From a virus (lineage: Duplodnaviria > Caudoviricetes), in the IMG/VR virus record IMGVR_UViG_3300047545_000306, positions 1 to 64,000 of that record: 64,000 bases of DNA; one strand, written 5' to 3'. The translations under genes and the position numbers were made by a program. The notes under the pieces are model-generated. The model made no database searches and was not told the origin of the DNA. It saw only the letters and a list, made by a program, of their open reading frames with translations. Positions 1-8,608 of the stretch are shown here, in pieces; positions within the stretch are counted from its first letter, which is position 1, and every line of letters begins with the position of its first letter.

Positions 1-547
1 ATAGCAAATTGGTAACGAATTTATAACATTACGAAGGACCTTTAAAATTTCCTGGAAGTTGGCAAGGTATTACGATCAGACATTACGATCCCCTATATAC
101 AATTCCCTAGTATAGTGATATAATGTATGTATGAGCCCTAGAAACTATGAAAAGATAAATAAGCTTCCTATATCAAAGGATGTCATAGATAGGCTACAGC
201 CAGGTATGAATGCATGGTATATGTTCTTTGCTATTACAGGTATAGATAAGACTATTACGAAGCTGTTCTCATATACCCCACAACAAATCAAAACTAATCC
301 TGTTAAGGATTCGCAAAGCGGTACAGAGTAAACCATCTCTGATCTCCCTAGTATAACAAACACCCCTAGTAATAATACATTACGATGGGGTTTTAAATTA
401 TCCCAAATAATATATATGTTTGTTTAAATAACATTACGATAATAACAAATTATCCCCAGAAAGATATATGTTTTGGCAAATATTTATTATAACAATTTGG
501 ACAAAAAGCTTGACAAATTTGGTATTTTGTGTATAGGGATTTGGGGC

Positions 548-576
548 TTGACAAAAGTTTGGCTTTAAGATATAAT
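548..576 (+). promoter_or_regulatory. Perfect sigma70/sigmaA consensus promoter
   Basis: TTGACA(548-553)-17 nt-TATAAT(571-576); no credible ORF downstream. Confidence 0.8.
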
Positions 577-586
577 GAATAATTCT

Positions 587-620
587 CCACTCTTCTCCAC
601 TTACATCCACTTCTACTCCA
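587..620. promoter_or_regulatory. 10-bp-phased CCAC/GTGG boxes (MraZ/DCW-box-like)
   Basis: CCAC at 587, 597, 607 (GTGG-N6-GTGG-N6-GTGG on the minus strand) plus partial CCA at 618. Confidence 0.5.
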
Positions 621-648
621 TATCAGAATATATTCAGTAAGATCTACT

Positions 649-792
649 TGTGGATAACTCTTGCTTTTCTGTGGATAACTATGTGTAAAACTTAAAACTA
701 ATTTTAAGAATTTCTTTAAAAATCAGGGGTATCTAGATCCTCTGATATGTGGTTGTTTGTGGAAAGCTTTGTGGATAACTATCTGTGAATAA
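649..792. other. Cluster of DnaA boxes, candidate replication origin
   Basis: TGTGGATAA at 649, 670, 770; TGTGTAAAA at 682; TGTGAATAA at 784; near-match TGTGGAAAG at 758; all in the same orientation (TTWTNCACA on minus). Confidence 0.75.
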
Positions 793-891
793 CCAATCAA
801 AGAGCTATGCCATACGATTGTTTATGAGCTTAACCAATCATAAGCAAGTGTTTGTGCTAGGGGTTATATCTTATACTAGGGATTACGAAGC

Positions 892-1107
892 TTACTCCTG
901 ATACCCCGAAAGTTTTACCCAATGGAGTCCTACATAGCGAGTATTCTTTATCTCGTAGATAGCGTTACAGTCATCACATTGCCATTGAGTTTCTTCTAGT
1001 AGTTTACGATTTCTCCATTTATATAGATCAGGCTTCTCACAATAGTGTGGATTGCCTATCTTAATTATCTTACCTGTCACTATTCCACCAACCAGGCTTC
1101 CATCCAT
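892..1107 (-). CDS. hypothetical protein (CxxC)
   Basis: ORF in a tightly packed minus-strand run. Confidence 0.5.
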   Translation of the reverse strand: MDGSLVGGIVTGKIIKIGNPHYCEKPDLYKWRNRKLLEETQWQCDDCNAIYEIKNTRYVGLHWVKLSGYQE

Positions 1108-1309
1108 TAGCGTTATCCATCATTTCAATACCATCCCAGCCATCTACATTTTGCATAGCCCAGCTAGCATCTTTCTTTAGATAGTCAATAATAGTATCTA
1201 TATCTGTTATACCAGATTCTTGCATATCAGCAATACGGTGAATTGCTTCATAAATGCCTGCAGGAATTCCAGTTTGGTATCCTAGACCATAGGTCATCTT
1301 AGTGCTCAT
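1070..1309 (-). CDS. hypothetical protein
   Basis: AAGGA RBS and its own promoter upstream. Confidence 0.65.
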   Translation of the reverse strand: MSTKMTYGLGYQTGIPAGIYEAIHRIADMQESGITDIDTIIDYLKKDASWAMQNVDGWDGIEMMDNANGWKPGWWNSDR

Positions 1310-1416
1310 TGTTTTCCTTAAATGAAAAATATATTGCGTTTAATACAAGTATATCTAACCCATGGAGTATTGTCAATACTTGTGTTGGGTTAGGTTACTC
1401 TATTTTACCGCCGAAC
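1310..1416 (-). promoter_or_regulatory. Conserved promoter cassette, copy 1
   Basis: TTCGGCGGTAAA..AGAGTA..TTGACA-17-TATACTTGTATTAA..AAGGAAAACA; repeated at ~4228-4313. Confidence 0.75.
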
Positions 1417-1431
1417 TTTTTCCGCCCGAAC

Positions 1432-1683
1432 TTAGTTAAATTTTCCAGACTTTATAGCCTTAATCAAATCGTCCGAACTGAAGTGATCTCTAATAATTAC
1501 ACCATCGCCCTGTTCGTCTAGATCCATAATAGTTCTATTTCTCTCTATCCAGTCAATGATCTCAGCATTACGAAAGCCCTGACCTTTTGTCCAGCCATTC
1601 CAATAATGCTCACAATTCTTCTGATGTCCACCACATTCATCACAATAGCGTAGTGAGTAATAAAGCTCTATCATCTCAGTCAT
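1432..1683 (-). CDS. hypothetical protein
   Basis: ORF, coupled to neighbours. Confidence 0.55.
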   Translation of the reverse strand: MTEMIELYYSLRYCDECGGHQKNCEHYWNGWTKGQGFRNAEIIDWIERNRTIMDLDEQGDGVIIRDHFSSDDLIKAIKSGKFN

Positions 1684-1900
1684 TTCTAATCTTCTCTACC
1701 GCTTTACAGAACCAGCATTCCATACCATAATAATGTGTCTTGCCCATATGTCTAGTAGCCTCATTAAAAATATCAATAGCCCTGTCTTGTCCGTCTTGCT
1801 GAGCGTTCCAAATATCCCTGTCATAGAACATTGCCTTCTTCATTGGCTTAATCAGAGGATTGTTTACCCAATAGTCGTATGGATCAATCACTCTAGCCAT
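1676..1900 (-). CDS. hypothetical protein
   Basis: ORF with overlapping start/stop. Confidence 0.55.
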   Translation of the reverse strand: MARVIDPYDYWVNNPLIKPMKKAMFYDRDIWNAQQDGQDRAIDIFNEATRHMGKTHYYGMECWFCKAVEKIRND

Positions 1901-2082
1901 TCCTCAATATAGTCTTCAATATAGGTTCCAAACTCTTCACAGTTATCGTCCTTGCCGCAAGACTTTAGGTCTATTACCCTAGACATAATATTAGTCTTAA
2001 TACGCTCTTTTGCTAACTTTACCGCATTATCTGCAGCAGCTAGTTCAAGCCAGTTTACCTGGTCCCATGTAAGATCAATCAT
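1888..2082 (-). CDS. hypothetical protein
   Basis: ORF with overlapping start/stop. Confidence 0.55.
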   Translation of the reverse strand: MIDLTWDQVNWLELAAADNAVKLAKERIKTNIMSRVIDLKSCGKDDNCEEFGTYIEDYIEEWLE

Positions 2083-2290
2083 TGTCTTTGCCTCTTAATA
2101 GTCTTCTTAGTCTTTCATTTACCTTTGGTGGTTCAGCTAGACGTTTTTCTAACCAAGCATACTCTTCTGGAGATACCTTGAAAATTTGTGGCTCCATAGT
2201 GATTAACTCATCAAATGCTGCAAAGTGTGAAGCCTGGTTATTTAAATGCTTGCAGCTACCTGCCTGGCAATTAGGACAGTCTGGCTTCAA
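2075..2290 (-). CDS. hypothetical protein (C-terminus resembles DUF1778-type antitoxin tails)
   Basis: VSPEEYAWLEKRLAEPPKVNERLRRLL. Confidence 0.45.
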   Translation of the reverse strand: MKPDCPNCQAGSCKHLNNQASHFAAFDELITMEPQIFKVSPEEYAWLEKRLAEPPKVNERLRRLLRGKDND

Positions 2291-2450
2291 TCTATTACCT
2301 CTACCTGCTTTATCATAATGTTATGATAGTTCTCGTATAACTCTTTAATCTCTGGATGATTACTATCCCATAGTGCACCCTCTAGCCACTTTATGAATAA
2401 AAACTCTTCAATCTCTTTCTTCATTGTGTGAATTGTATAGTTAGTTAGTT

Positions 2451-2723
2451 TCACTTGTCTGTTCCTTTGTGTTCTCCAAAAGTTTTGTGAAAAGTATATG
2501 GAAATCTCTTTTCTTCAAGTTCATTACGAACTTCTTGCTTATACTCATCAAGTGCCGTAGCTATACCAAAAGCCATATCCTTCGAGATAGCCACTTCTTC
2601 ATCATTTACAACCAGGATATATTCTAGTTCTAGTTTGGGAAGGTCAAGGTTATCTGTATAGGGTGGATAGTTAAGTTTGTATGCTGATTTATTGATTGTC
2701 TTAATGCTAATATTATTTTTCAT
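2451..2723 (-). CDS. hypothetical protein
   Basis: Likely start MKNNIS at 2723, overlapping the upstream gene's end. Confidence 0.5.
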   Translation of the reverse strand: MKNNISIKTINKSAYKLNYPPYTDNLDLPKLELEYILVVNDEEVAISKDMAFGIATALDEYKQEVRNELEEKRFPYTFHKTFGEHKGTDK

Positions 2724-3003
2724 CTTTAGCTTCTTTCTTTTGAAATTCAATTCCTGCCTCAAAAGCAACCCAATAGCCATTGGACACTCCAGAGTCATAG
2801 GCTTTTGCCTCTAGTGGGGTAGCCTTACGCCAGTCAAGCACTGGACCACCACCACTACAACTATGTAGGTGGTCTGCATCTACTTCTACTTCACAAGTGC
2901 AATCAACAAATTCTTCATCGATCTCTTCGTAGTATTCTCCACAGCAGCCAGGGTCTCCACATCCCCAAACGGTGTTATCTTGTTTTACATAGTATAGAGT
3001 CAT
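2713..3003 (-). CDS. Cys-rich hypothetical protein
   Basis: CGDPGCC..CTC..HSC; GGAGA RBS. Confidence 0.6.
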   Translation of the reverse strand: MTLYYVKQDNTVWGCGDPGCCGEYYEEIDEEFVDCTCEVEVDADHLHSCSGGGPVLDWRKATPLEAKAYDSGVSNGYWVAFEAGIEFQKKEAKDEK

Positions 3004-3105
3004 TTACTTCTCTCCTTTGATAAGAGCGATAACGCTAACGCCTACTTTGGTTATGATTGGTGACAAAACAATTCCAATGCAGATACCCTGCAAAATTTCA
3101 GGCAT
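3004..3105 (-). CDS. small hydrophobic protein (33 aa)
   Basis: MPEILQGICIGIVLSPIITKVGVSVIALIKGEK fills the gap exactly; GGAG RBS. Confidence 0.5.
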   Translation of the reverse strand: MPEILQGICIGIVLSPIITKVGVSVIALIKGEK

Positions 3106-3651
3106 TTACTCTCCGTTAGATATATCTCTGAATCGTCTAGGTGGGCTTGTCTCCATTAGGTCTTCAATAGGCTTTAGGTCTGATACATCCATTACTAGAC
3201 GTTCTCCATAACCGTAGTCTTTCTTATAGTGATTAGCCTTGAAGGTTGACTTATCAATGTACCCCCAGATTATAAAGCGTGGATCAGCTTCTGACTTAGT
3301 CTTATCATTACCTATGTACTGTACGTGGATAGCAATGTCAGATTTGAATAGCCATGAGGCATTGAAGATTAGGCTCTTGAGTTGGCTTGTCTTGACCTGG
3401 ATGGTCATTCCATTAGCCTTCATGTCAGAGCCATCATCTCCACCTACCATAACGGTTGTGTCTACTTCAAAGCCTAGTGCCTGTCCTACTGCTTGTTCTC
3501 CTAGGTGTCCAATGATATTGATACCTTCGGAAGTATTATTACGATCAAACATCTTATCGGCAACGTTGTGCTTCTCTTTAGCCAGACGCATGTTCTTTAC
3601 AAACGTCAGTGTTTCTTCTACACGCTCTGGGCTTACAGTTACTTCAATCAC
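3106..3651 (-). CDS. PD-(D/E)xK-like endonuclease
   Basis: GHLGEQAV...DDGSD...IQVKT motif. Confidence 0.55.
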   Translation of the reverse strand: MIEVTVSPERVEETLTFVKNMRLAKEKHNVADKMFDRNNTSEGINIIGHLGEQAVGQALGFEVDTTVMVGGDDGSDMKANGMTIQVKTSQLKSLIFNASWLFKSDIAIHVQYIGNDKTKSEADPRFIIWGYIDKSTFKANHYKKDYGYGERLVMDVSDLKPIEDLMETSPPRRFRDISNGE

Positions 3652-3881
3652 TTAGTCCATCCTACAGGCTCTTTGTCCAACACATGTTTCTCTACTACAG
3701 ATACCAGCTCTTTACGAGTGTATGGGTCTTCCTTTAGCCAGTCAACATCATGTATATGCTTATTAAGAAGATCAATGATCTGCTTGTGGTTCTCATCCAT
3801 ACCAGCACTAAAGCCATGCTTCCAACCTAAGTCGTATGCTTCCTGTAGCTGTGTAAGTTTCTTTTTAAATATGCTTTTCAA
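3648..3881 (-). CDS. hypothetical protein
   Basis: ORF coupled to neighbours. Confidence 0.55.
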   Translation of the reverse strand: MKSIFKKKLTQLQEAYDLGWKHGFSAGMDENHKQIIDLLNKHIHDVDWLKEDPYTRKELVSVVEKHVLDKEPVGWTK

Positions 3882-4132
3882 AACATCTCCAATTCATCAA
3901 AGTCTTCCTTACGTGCAATGTACGTAGTCTGGAAGTCTAGTTGCTTACCCCATACAATAATCTCTGGCACCAGTGGGTGCATGCGATAGCCATCACGCTC
4001 TAGTTCTTTAAGGATCTTGTCGTCATACTCTACAAGGAATAGCATGTCTTCGCTATCCCATTCCATCTCATAGTCTAGGTTGTTAGTACATACAAGAATG
4101 GTAGGCTTGTTTGCTCTAAGAAGCTGTGCCAT
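3878..4132 (-). CDS. hypothetical protein
   Basis: ORF coupled to neighbours. Confidence 0.55.
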   Translation of the reverse strand: MAQLLRANKPTILVCTNNLDYEMEWDSEDMLFLVEYDDKILKELERDGYRMHPLVPEIIVWGKQLDFQTTYIARKEDFDELEMF

Positions 4133-4227
4133 TAGAGCTTCCTGTTAATTGCAATAATGATAATTGCTATAATAATGCCTACCCCATATGCCCAAGCACT
4201 TCCAAAGGTTGCTGCCATAAAGCTCAT
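4132..4227 (-). CDS. small membrane peptide (31 aa)
   Basis: MSFMAATFGSAWAYGVGIIIAIIIIAINRKL directly after promoter cassette 2 and an AAGGA RBS. Confidence 0.6.
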   Translation of the reverse strand: MSFMAATFGSAWAYGVGIIIAIIIIAINRKL

Positions 4228-4313
4228 TTGTTTTCCTTAATATCGTGTTAATACAAGTATACTAGAGGACATGGCTTGTGTCAAGCCTATGGTACTCTTA
4301 TTTACCGCCGAAT
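4228..4313 (-). promoter_or_regulatory. Conserved promoter cassette, copy 2
   Basis: TTCGGCGGTAAATAAGAGTA..TTGACA-17-TATACTTGTATTAA..AAGGAAAACA. Confidence 0.75.
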
Positions 4314-4349
4314 TTATTATAGTATTGAACCTTTTTTGGCATGGTTCAA

Positions 4350-4619
4350 TTAAAATGGTGGTTCGTCGAAGCCTTCTTCTTTAAGCTTCTTAAGGATAGT
4401 CTCTATCGTAACATACTTAATACTAATAAGCTCCTGTGCCCAGGCTGCATTCTTTGAACCAGACTCTTCTAGGACACGTAGGCAGCGTTCATTCTCGTCT
4501 ACCTCACCCATACGCTTATATGCTTCAATATAGAAGCCAAACTCAGGGAATAGTTTCCAGGCTAGCCACTCACGGAATGGTTCAGTCCACCCCTCAAGGT
4601 AGTTACGCAACGTTCTCAT
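4350..4619 (-). CDS. hypothetical protein
   Basis: GGAGG RBS. Confidence 0.6.
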   Translation of the reverse strand: MRTLRNYLEGWTEPFREWLAWKLFPEFGFYIEAYKRMGEVDENERCLRVLEESGSKNAAWAQELISIKYVTIETILKKLKEEGFDEPPF

Positions 4620-4824
4620 TTGTGTCCTCCCCTAGGTATCCAGACAACTGAATGGTATCAATTGCCTTGGCAAGATCAGTATAGATAACATACTCAGACT
4701 TTCTACCAGATCTTGATGCAATGTCTGCGAACTGCTTGATAGCCATTACGATGGCTTGCTTGGTATCTGAACTACCTCTGTCATAGCTGTAACGTGCTAG
4801 ACGCTCTAACTCTTCCTGTATCAC
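4603..4824 (-). CDS. hypothetical protein
   Basis: ORF coupled to neighbours. Confidence 0.55.
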   Translation of the reverse strand: MIQEELERLARYSYDRGSSDTKQAIVMAIKQFADIASRSGRKSEYVIYTDLAKAIDTIQLSGYLGEDTNENVA

Positions 4825-5045
4825 GGAATGTTCCCCTTAACTGCCTGTAGACCCTCAGAGAGGTCGTAGTAGGCTTTACACACATCATGCTGGCATTCAC
4901 CGTCAGCATTGTAGTCCTCGCAGATTTGATTTGATAATAGCTTTATCACTGTTGTTAGTGCAGCGGCAAAGCCTTTGTTATACTGATCCTTACCGATATT
5001 CTCAAAGTCGGATAGCTTCATGTTCGCTAAATTATTAATGTCCAT
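4821..5045 (-). CDS. hypothetical protein (leaderless)
   Basis: TTGACA-17-TATACT-6 nt-ATG. Confidence 0.65.
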   Translation of the reverse strand: MDINNLANMKLSDFENIGKDQYNKGFAAALTTVIKLLSNQICEDYNADGECQHDVCKAYYDLSEGLQAVKGNIP

Positions 5046-5103
5046 ATATAGAGTATACCCCCAATCGCAAGGGTTGTCAAGTGATATGTGATACTATTAA
5101 TAC

Positions 5104-5886
5104 ATGAAAAAAGTAATAGTAACATCATTCGATGAAAAGTATATGGACTACTCTCGTGTAGCAATAAAGTCTATAGGTATCAATTACCATAGTGATGAGG
5201 TGCTGGATGTTGTCTGTCTTGTACCCGAAAATCTCCTTGACAGCGTGGATGCATACCGATCATCCGTGTCTCAGCCCAACCTCAACATTCGGTTTAAGAC
5301 CGCTAATAAGTTTATTAAGCTTGTAGAGGATGGCATGGGGTATGCTGTTAGACACCTCAGTGTCAGTTCATTCCACAGAATCTTTGTTGGATCTGCCCTG
5401 GAGGATTACGATATGGCTATCTATATAGACCCAGACACAATCGCCCTGCGTGACATAGAGCCAATGCTAAGCTATAAGAGTCGTAGCCCTTTCCTGGCTG
5501 TAGTTGAGACTGTCAACATGGGGAAAATAGTCTTTGACTCTGACGATATCCCATACTTCAACAATGGTGTGTTCATTGCTGATCTCAATTGGTGGCGTAA
5601 TGATGGCATAGAGGACAGACTTCTAGACTGGATTAGCACCACTGGCTACTCTGAGCTTGCTGAGCAGGATGCTATGAATGCAGTCCTAAGAGACTACCTA
5701 GCCCCACTACCATTCTCATTTAACTTCTTTGAGTGGATTATAGACAACAACAAGCTTATGGCAGAAGAACACAGCAACCCAATGATTGTTCATTTTGTTG
5801 GTGATCAGAAGCCTTGGGGTCCAATAGCTATGTCCAAGTATGCACTCCTATGGAGAAACCTATACTCGGAAATAACAAATGCGTAA
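5104..5886 (+). CDS. glycosyltransferase family 8
   Basis: YIDPD (DxD), YFNNGV, AEQDAMN, HFVG..KPW motifs. Confidence 0.9.
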   Translation: MKKVIVTSFDEKYMDYSRVAIKSIGINYHSDEVLDVVCLVPENLLDSVDAYRSSVSQPNLNIRFKTANKFIKLVEDGMGYAVRHLSVSSFHRIFVGSALEDYDMAIYIDPDTIALRDIEPMLSYKSRSPFLAVVETVNMGKIVFDSDDIPYFNNGVFIADLNWWRNDGIEDRLLDWISTTGYSELAEQDAMNAVLRDYLAPLPFSFNFFEWIIDNNKLMAEEHSNPMIVHFVGDQKPWGPIAMSKYALLWRNLYSEITNA

Positions 5887-6694
5887 AGTAATAGTCACAT
5901 CGTTTGATCAGAACTATATTGATTACTCTCGTGTTATGCTTCACACTCTTAGCATAAACTATCATGAGCAGACTCCTCTAGATGTGATTTGCCTGGTGCC
6001 TGCAAACATTCTGCACATGCAAGATTATTACACCAAGTCTTTGGGGTTGGATAATCTAAATATATCTTTTGTAACATCTGAAAAGTATCTGTCTATGGTG
6101 GAGGATGGCATTGACACCAGCCACAAGGATGCCGCAAGTAATTGTAACCATAGGATGTTTATTGGGTCAGCCTGTGCTGATTATGATGTTGCTATATACA
6201 TAGATCCAGACACTATAATAATGAGAGAAGTTTCTCCCCTACTTACATACCCCCTCAGAAATGATTTCATGGCTATGGTGGAGATGACAGACGCTAACGT
6301 GGTTAGTTTTAATGATCCAGATAGACCATACTTCAGTAACGGAATATTTATGGCAGACCTAAACTTCTGGAGAGAAGAAGGAATAGAGGAAAAGCTTATT
6401 GATTTAATAAAGAATGGCGGTCCACTCTTCCTTGCAGAGCAAGATGCAATGAACTCTATACTTATAGACTACTGGTCACCATTGCCAATGAGCTTCAACA
6501 TGTTTGACTGGATGGTGTACGCAAACCCACACATTGCAGAAGCCAACAGCAACCCACTAATAGTTCACTTTGTTGGCGTAGAGAAGCCCTGGAAGTCTAG
6601 GACCATAACTCCATACAGTAACTACTGGAGAAAGGTCTACTCAGATCTTTCTTCTTGGGATAGCCAAATATCAAACATGAACTCTGCCCAGTAG
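5879..6694 (+). CDS. glycosyltransferase family 8 (tandem paralog)
   Basis: YIDPD, YFSNGI, AEQDAMN, HFVGVEKPW. Confidence 0.9.
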   Translation: MRKVIVTSFDQNYIDYSRVMLHTLSINYHEQTPLDVICLVPANILHMQDYYTKSLGLDNLNISFVTSEKYLSMVEDGIDTSHKDAASNCNHRMFIGSACADYDVAIYIDPDTIIMREVSPLLTYPLRNDFMAMVEMTDANVVSFNDPDRPYFSNGIFMADLNFWREEGIEEKLIDLIKNGGPLFLAEQDAMNSILIDYWSPLPMSFNMFDWMVYANPHIAEANSNPLIVHFVGVEKPWKSRTITPYSNYWRKVYSDLSSWDSQISNMNSAQ

Positions 6695-7452
6695 TCGTGG
6701 AATGATGTTCCTGGGTGTGCACCCTTGTCTGCTGCAATAAGTGAATAGGTCTTGTCTGCACCCTTCTTAGCGGAGTCAAACTCAAACACTCTTTTTATAA
6801 GCGTTGCCTTGTCTACCTCGTAGTAACTGTGGAATGACTTAAGCAGTGGTGTTGGTGACCCACCAAGCTGGTGAGCCCAGTGTGGTCGCTCTACCGTACT
6901 ATTAGGATAGAATAGCTTCTTATCCTTTCCAGGAAGAATGTGGTCACCATTGCCATTAATGTCTTCTGCCCAAGTTGAGGTGATAAGCTTAATTCCCCTA
7001 CCCTTGCAGTACGTGTCTAGGTGCAAATAGAATGAATAAACATATGAGTCTAAGGCTTCTTTCCTATCCGCCACATACTTCATATCTCTACCGTGGTCTG
7101 GCAAGAAAAGGAATATGGCTTCTGGATCTCCAAACTCCCTGATGTACATAAAGATGTGATGAATCGATTCGCCAATAGACCAGCCAATTCTTCCAACATT
7201 GTAGAATCCATCTACAGGGTATTTCTCTGCTATCTTCTTATACGTCTTGTAAGACCAAGAGTCTTCCATTTCCAAGCCTTCGCCCCACGTGAAGGAGCAT
7301 CCAGCAAAAAGAATGTGCTTTCCATTTGGATGGCTTTGTCTGAAGTCATCAGTTCTAAACACTCTGCCAGCATTGGGATTTGCTTCAAGCCTATCTACAT
7401 AAGCCTGTGTTATTAGTGGTGCTTTTCCGTACCAAGTTTCATTCTTCGTCAT
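6637..7452 (-). CDS. SGNH/GDSL-like hydrolase or acyltransferase
   Basis: ILFAGCSFTWGEG (block I-like) and D..AHPG C-terminal motif; paralog at 26305. Confidence 0.6.
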   Translation of the reverse strand: MTKNETWYGKAPLITQAYVDRLEANPNAGRVFRTDDFRQSHPNGKHILFAGCSFTWGEGLEMEDSWSYKTYKKIAEKYPVDGFYNVGRIGWSIGESIHHIFMYIREFGDPEAIFLFLPDHGRDMKYVADRKEALDSYVYSFYLHLDTYCKGRGIKLITSTWAEDINGNGDHILPGKDKKLFYPNSTVERPHWAHQLGGSPTPLLKSFHSYYEVDKATLIKRVFEFDSAKKGADKTYSLIAADKGAHPGTSFHDYWAEFMFDIWLSQEERSE

Positions 7453-7636
7453 AGACTACCTCATTCTTTGGGAATGCCTCGTGGCATCCGTAGCAATAGT
7501 GTGTTGGTTGATCTGGACCAAAGTCCATGCCACCAAGGGCTACACCCTCTTGTCTTGCTAGATCAATTAGTTTGGCTGTTGGGAAGCCGTATATTACGTT
7601 TACCATCTCATGGTTACATTCAGGACAATTATTCAT
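7439..7636 (-). CDS. zinc-ribbon protein (leaderless)
   Basis: CPEC..IYGFP..LGG..CYGC. Confidence 0.65.
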   Translation of the reverse strand: MNNCPECNHEMVNVIYGFPTAKLIDLARQEGVALGGMDFGPDQPTHYCYGCHEAFPKNEVVYDEE

Positions 7637-7671
7637 AATTAAAGTATATCATAGGCTGGTATAATTGATGG

Positions 7672-7881
7672 ATGGATCAAGAAGAAATCCTGCAATATTC
7701 CGCCAAAATAATTGAACAAATTGGACCCCTAGGCGAAGACATCTTTAGTCTTGGAATCCACTATGAGCGAATCCACCTATTCTCAAAGCTACGAGATGCC
7801 ATCCAAGAAAAGGATTCTACTAGCGATGCGATTGCTGTAGAGGTGCTATCTTGGATCTGGGATCGCCTAGCCTCTGACTAG
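7672..7881 (+). CDS. hypothetical protein (leaderless, plus strand)
   Basis: TGGTATAAT-6 nt-ATG; fills the gap between minus-strand genes. Confidence 0.55.
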   Translation: MDQEEILQYSAKIIEQIGPLGEDIFSLGIHYERIHLFSKLRDAIQEKDSTSDAIAVEVLSWIWDRLASD

Positions 7882-8501
7882 TATGGAAACTTTACCTCTA
7901 GGGCTTTGTCTGTTGTAAACCAGCATGGTAGGCAATATCTATCTGAGCCTATCTTGTTAACCTCGTGGTCGTAAATAATTCCATCGTATGCTGGAAAGGT
8001 TATGAACTGATTCTTCAATGGCTTGACAGAGTATTGTAGGTTTGGAAATCCCAGGTCTCCACCGTCTTCTACAGTGTTTAGGTAGAGTATGCCACTATAC
8101 TTAAACTGTGGATTAACGTCTACAGCACCGTCCAGGTGCCTTAGAACTTTGGCTCCAGCACCCTGCTTACCCATGTGAAATGATGTCAAGTAGATCTCTT
8201 CGTCACCGTAAAGCTCCTTGACCTTCGCAACCATGATATCTCTATACTTGTTGACAATATCTTTTATGTCTGCGATCAGGGACATGTCTGGCTTAGAGTC
8301 TTCCCAGACCTCATCGTATCCGAAACGTAAGATGTGTCTGTTTGGTATCTCTCTGGAGGCATCAGTAACAAACTTATCTAGGTTATTGTCTATGTAGTCC
8401 ATGAAGAGCTGTGAGTCTTCATCCGTGATTAGATTATCAGTTACCTTGATCTTCGCTATTGATAGTGGTGCCCACTTCATTCGTTCTGCATGCATATCCA
8501 T
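7878..8501 (-). CDS. 2OG-Fe(II) oxygenase, prolyl-4-hydroxylase-like
   Basis: HLD..YSGILYLN..GGDL.F..HEV..G.RY; start moved to 8501 (TATAAT-6-ATG) because the longer ORF overlaps a tRNA. Confidence 0.85.
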   Translation of the reverse strand: MDMHAERMKWAPLSIAKIKVTDNLITDEDSQLFMDYIDNNLDKFVTDASREIPNRHILRFGYDEVWEDSKPDMSLIADIKDIVNKYRDIMVAKVKELYGDEEIYLTSFHMGKQGAGAKVLRHLDGAVDVNPQFKYSGILYLNTVEDGGDLGFPNLQYSVKPLKNQFITFPAYDGIIYDHEVNKIGSDRYCLPCWFTTDKALEVKFPY

Positions 8502-8526
8502 ATAGTTATTATACCTTATCTCGTTG

Positions 8527-8599
8527 TCCCCCCAGCTGGGATCGAACCAGCGACGCACGGATTAGAAGTCCGACGCTCTATCCACTGAGCTATGGGGGG
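8527..8599 (-). tRNA. tRNA-Arg(TCT)
   Basis: Cloverleaf, anticodon loop CTTCTAA, T-loop GTTCGAT. Confidence 0.92.
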
Positions 8600-8608
8600 G
8601 TGATGCCC

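Larger units (their letters stand above)
28..888. repeat. Dispersed short repeats ATTACGA (x7) and CCCTAGTATA-like (direct and inverted) in an AT-rich non-coding region
   Basis: ATTACGA at 28, 69, 82, 254, 379, 433, 882; CCCTAGTA(TA) near 105, 346, 364 and inverted (TATACTAGGG) near 872. Confidence 0.75.
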
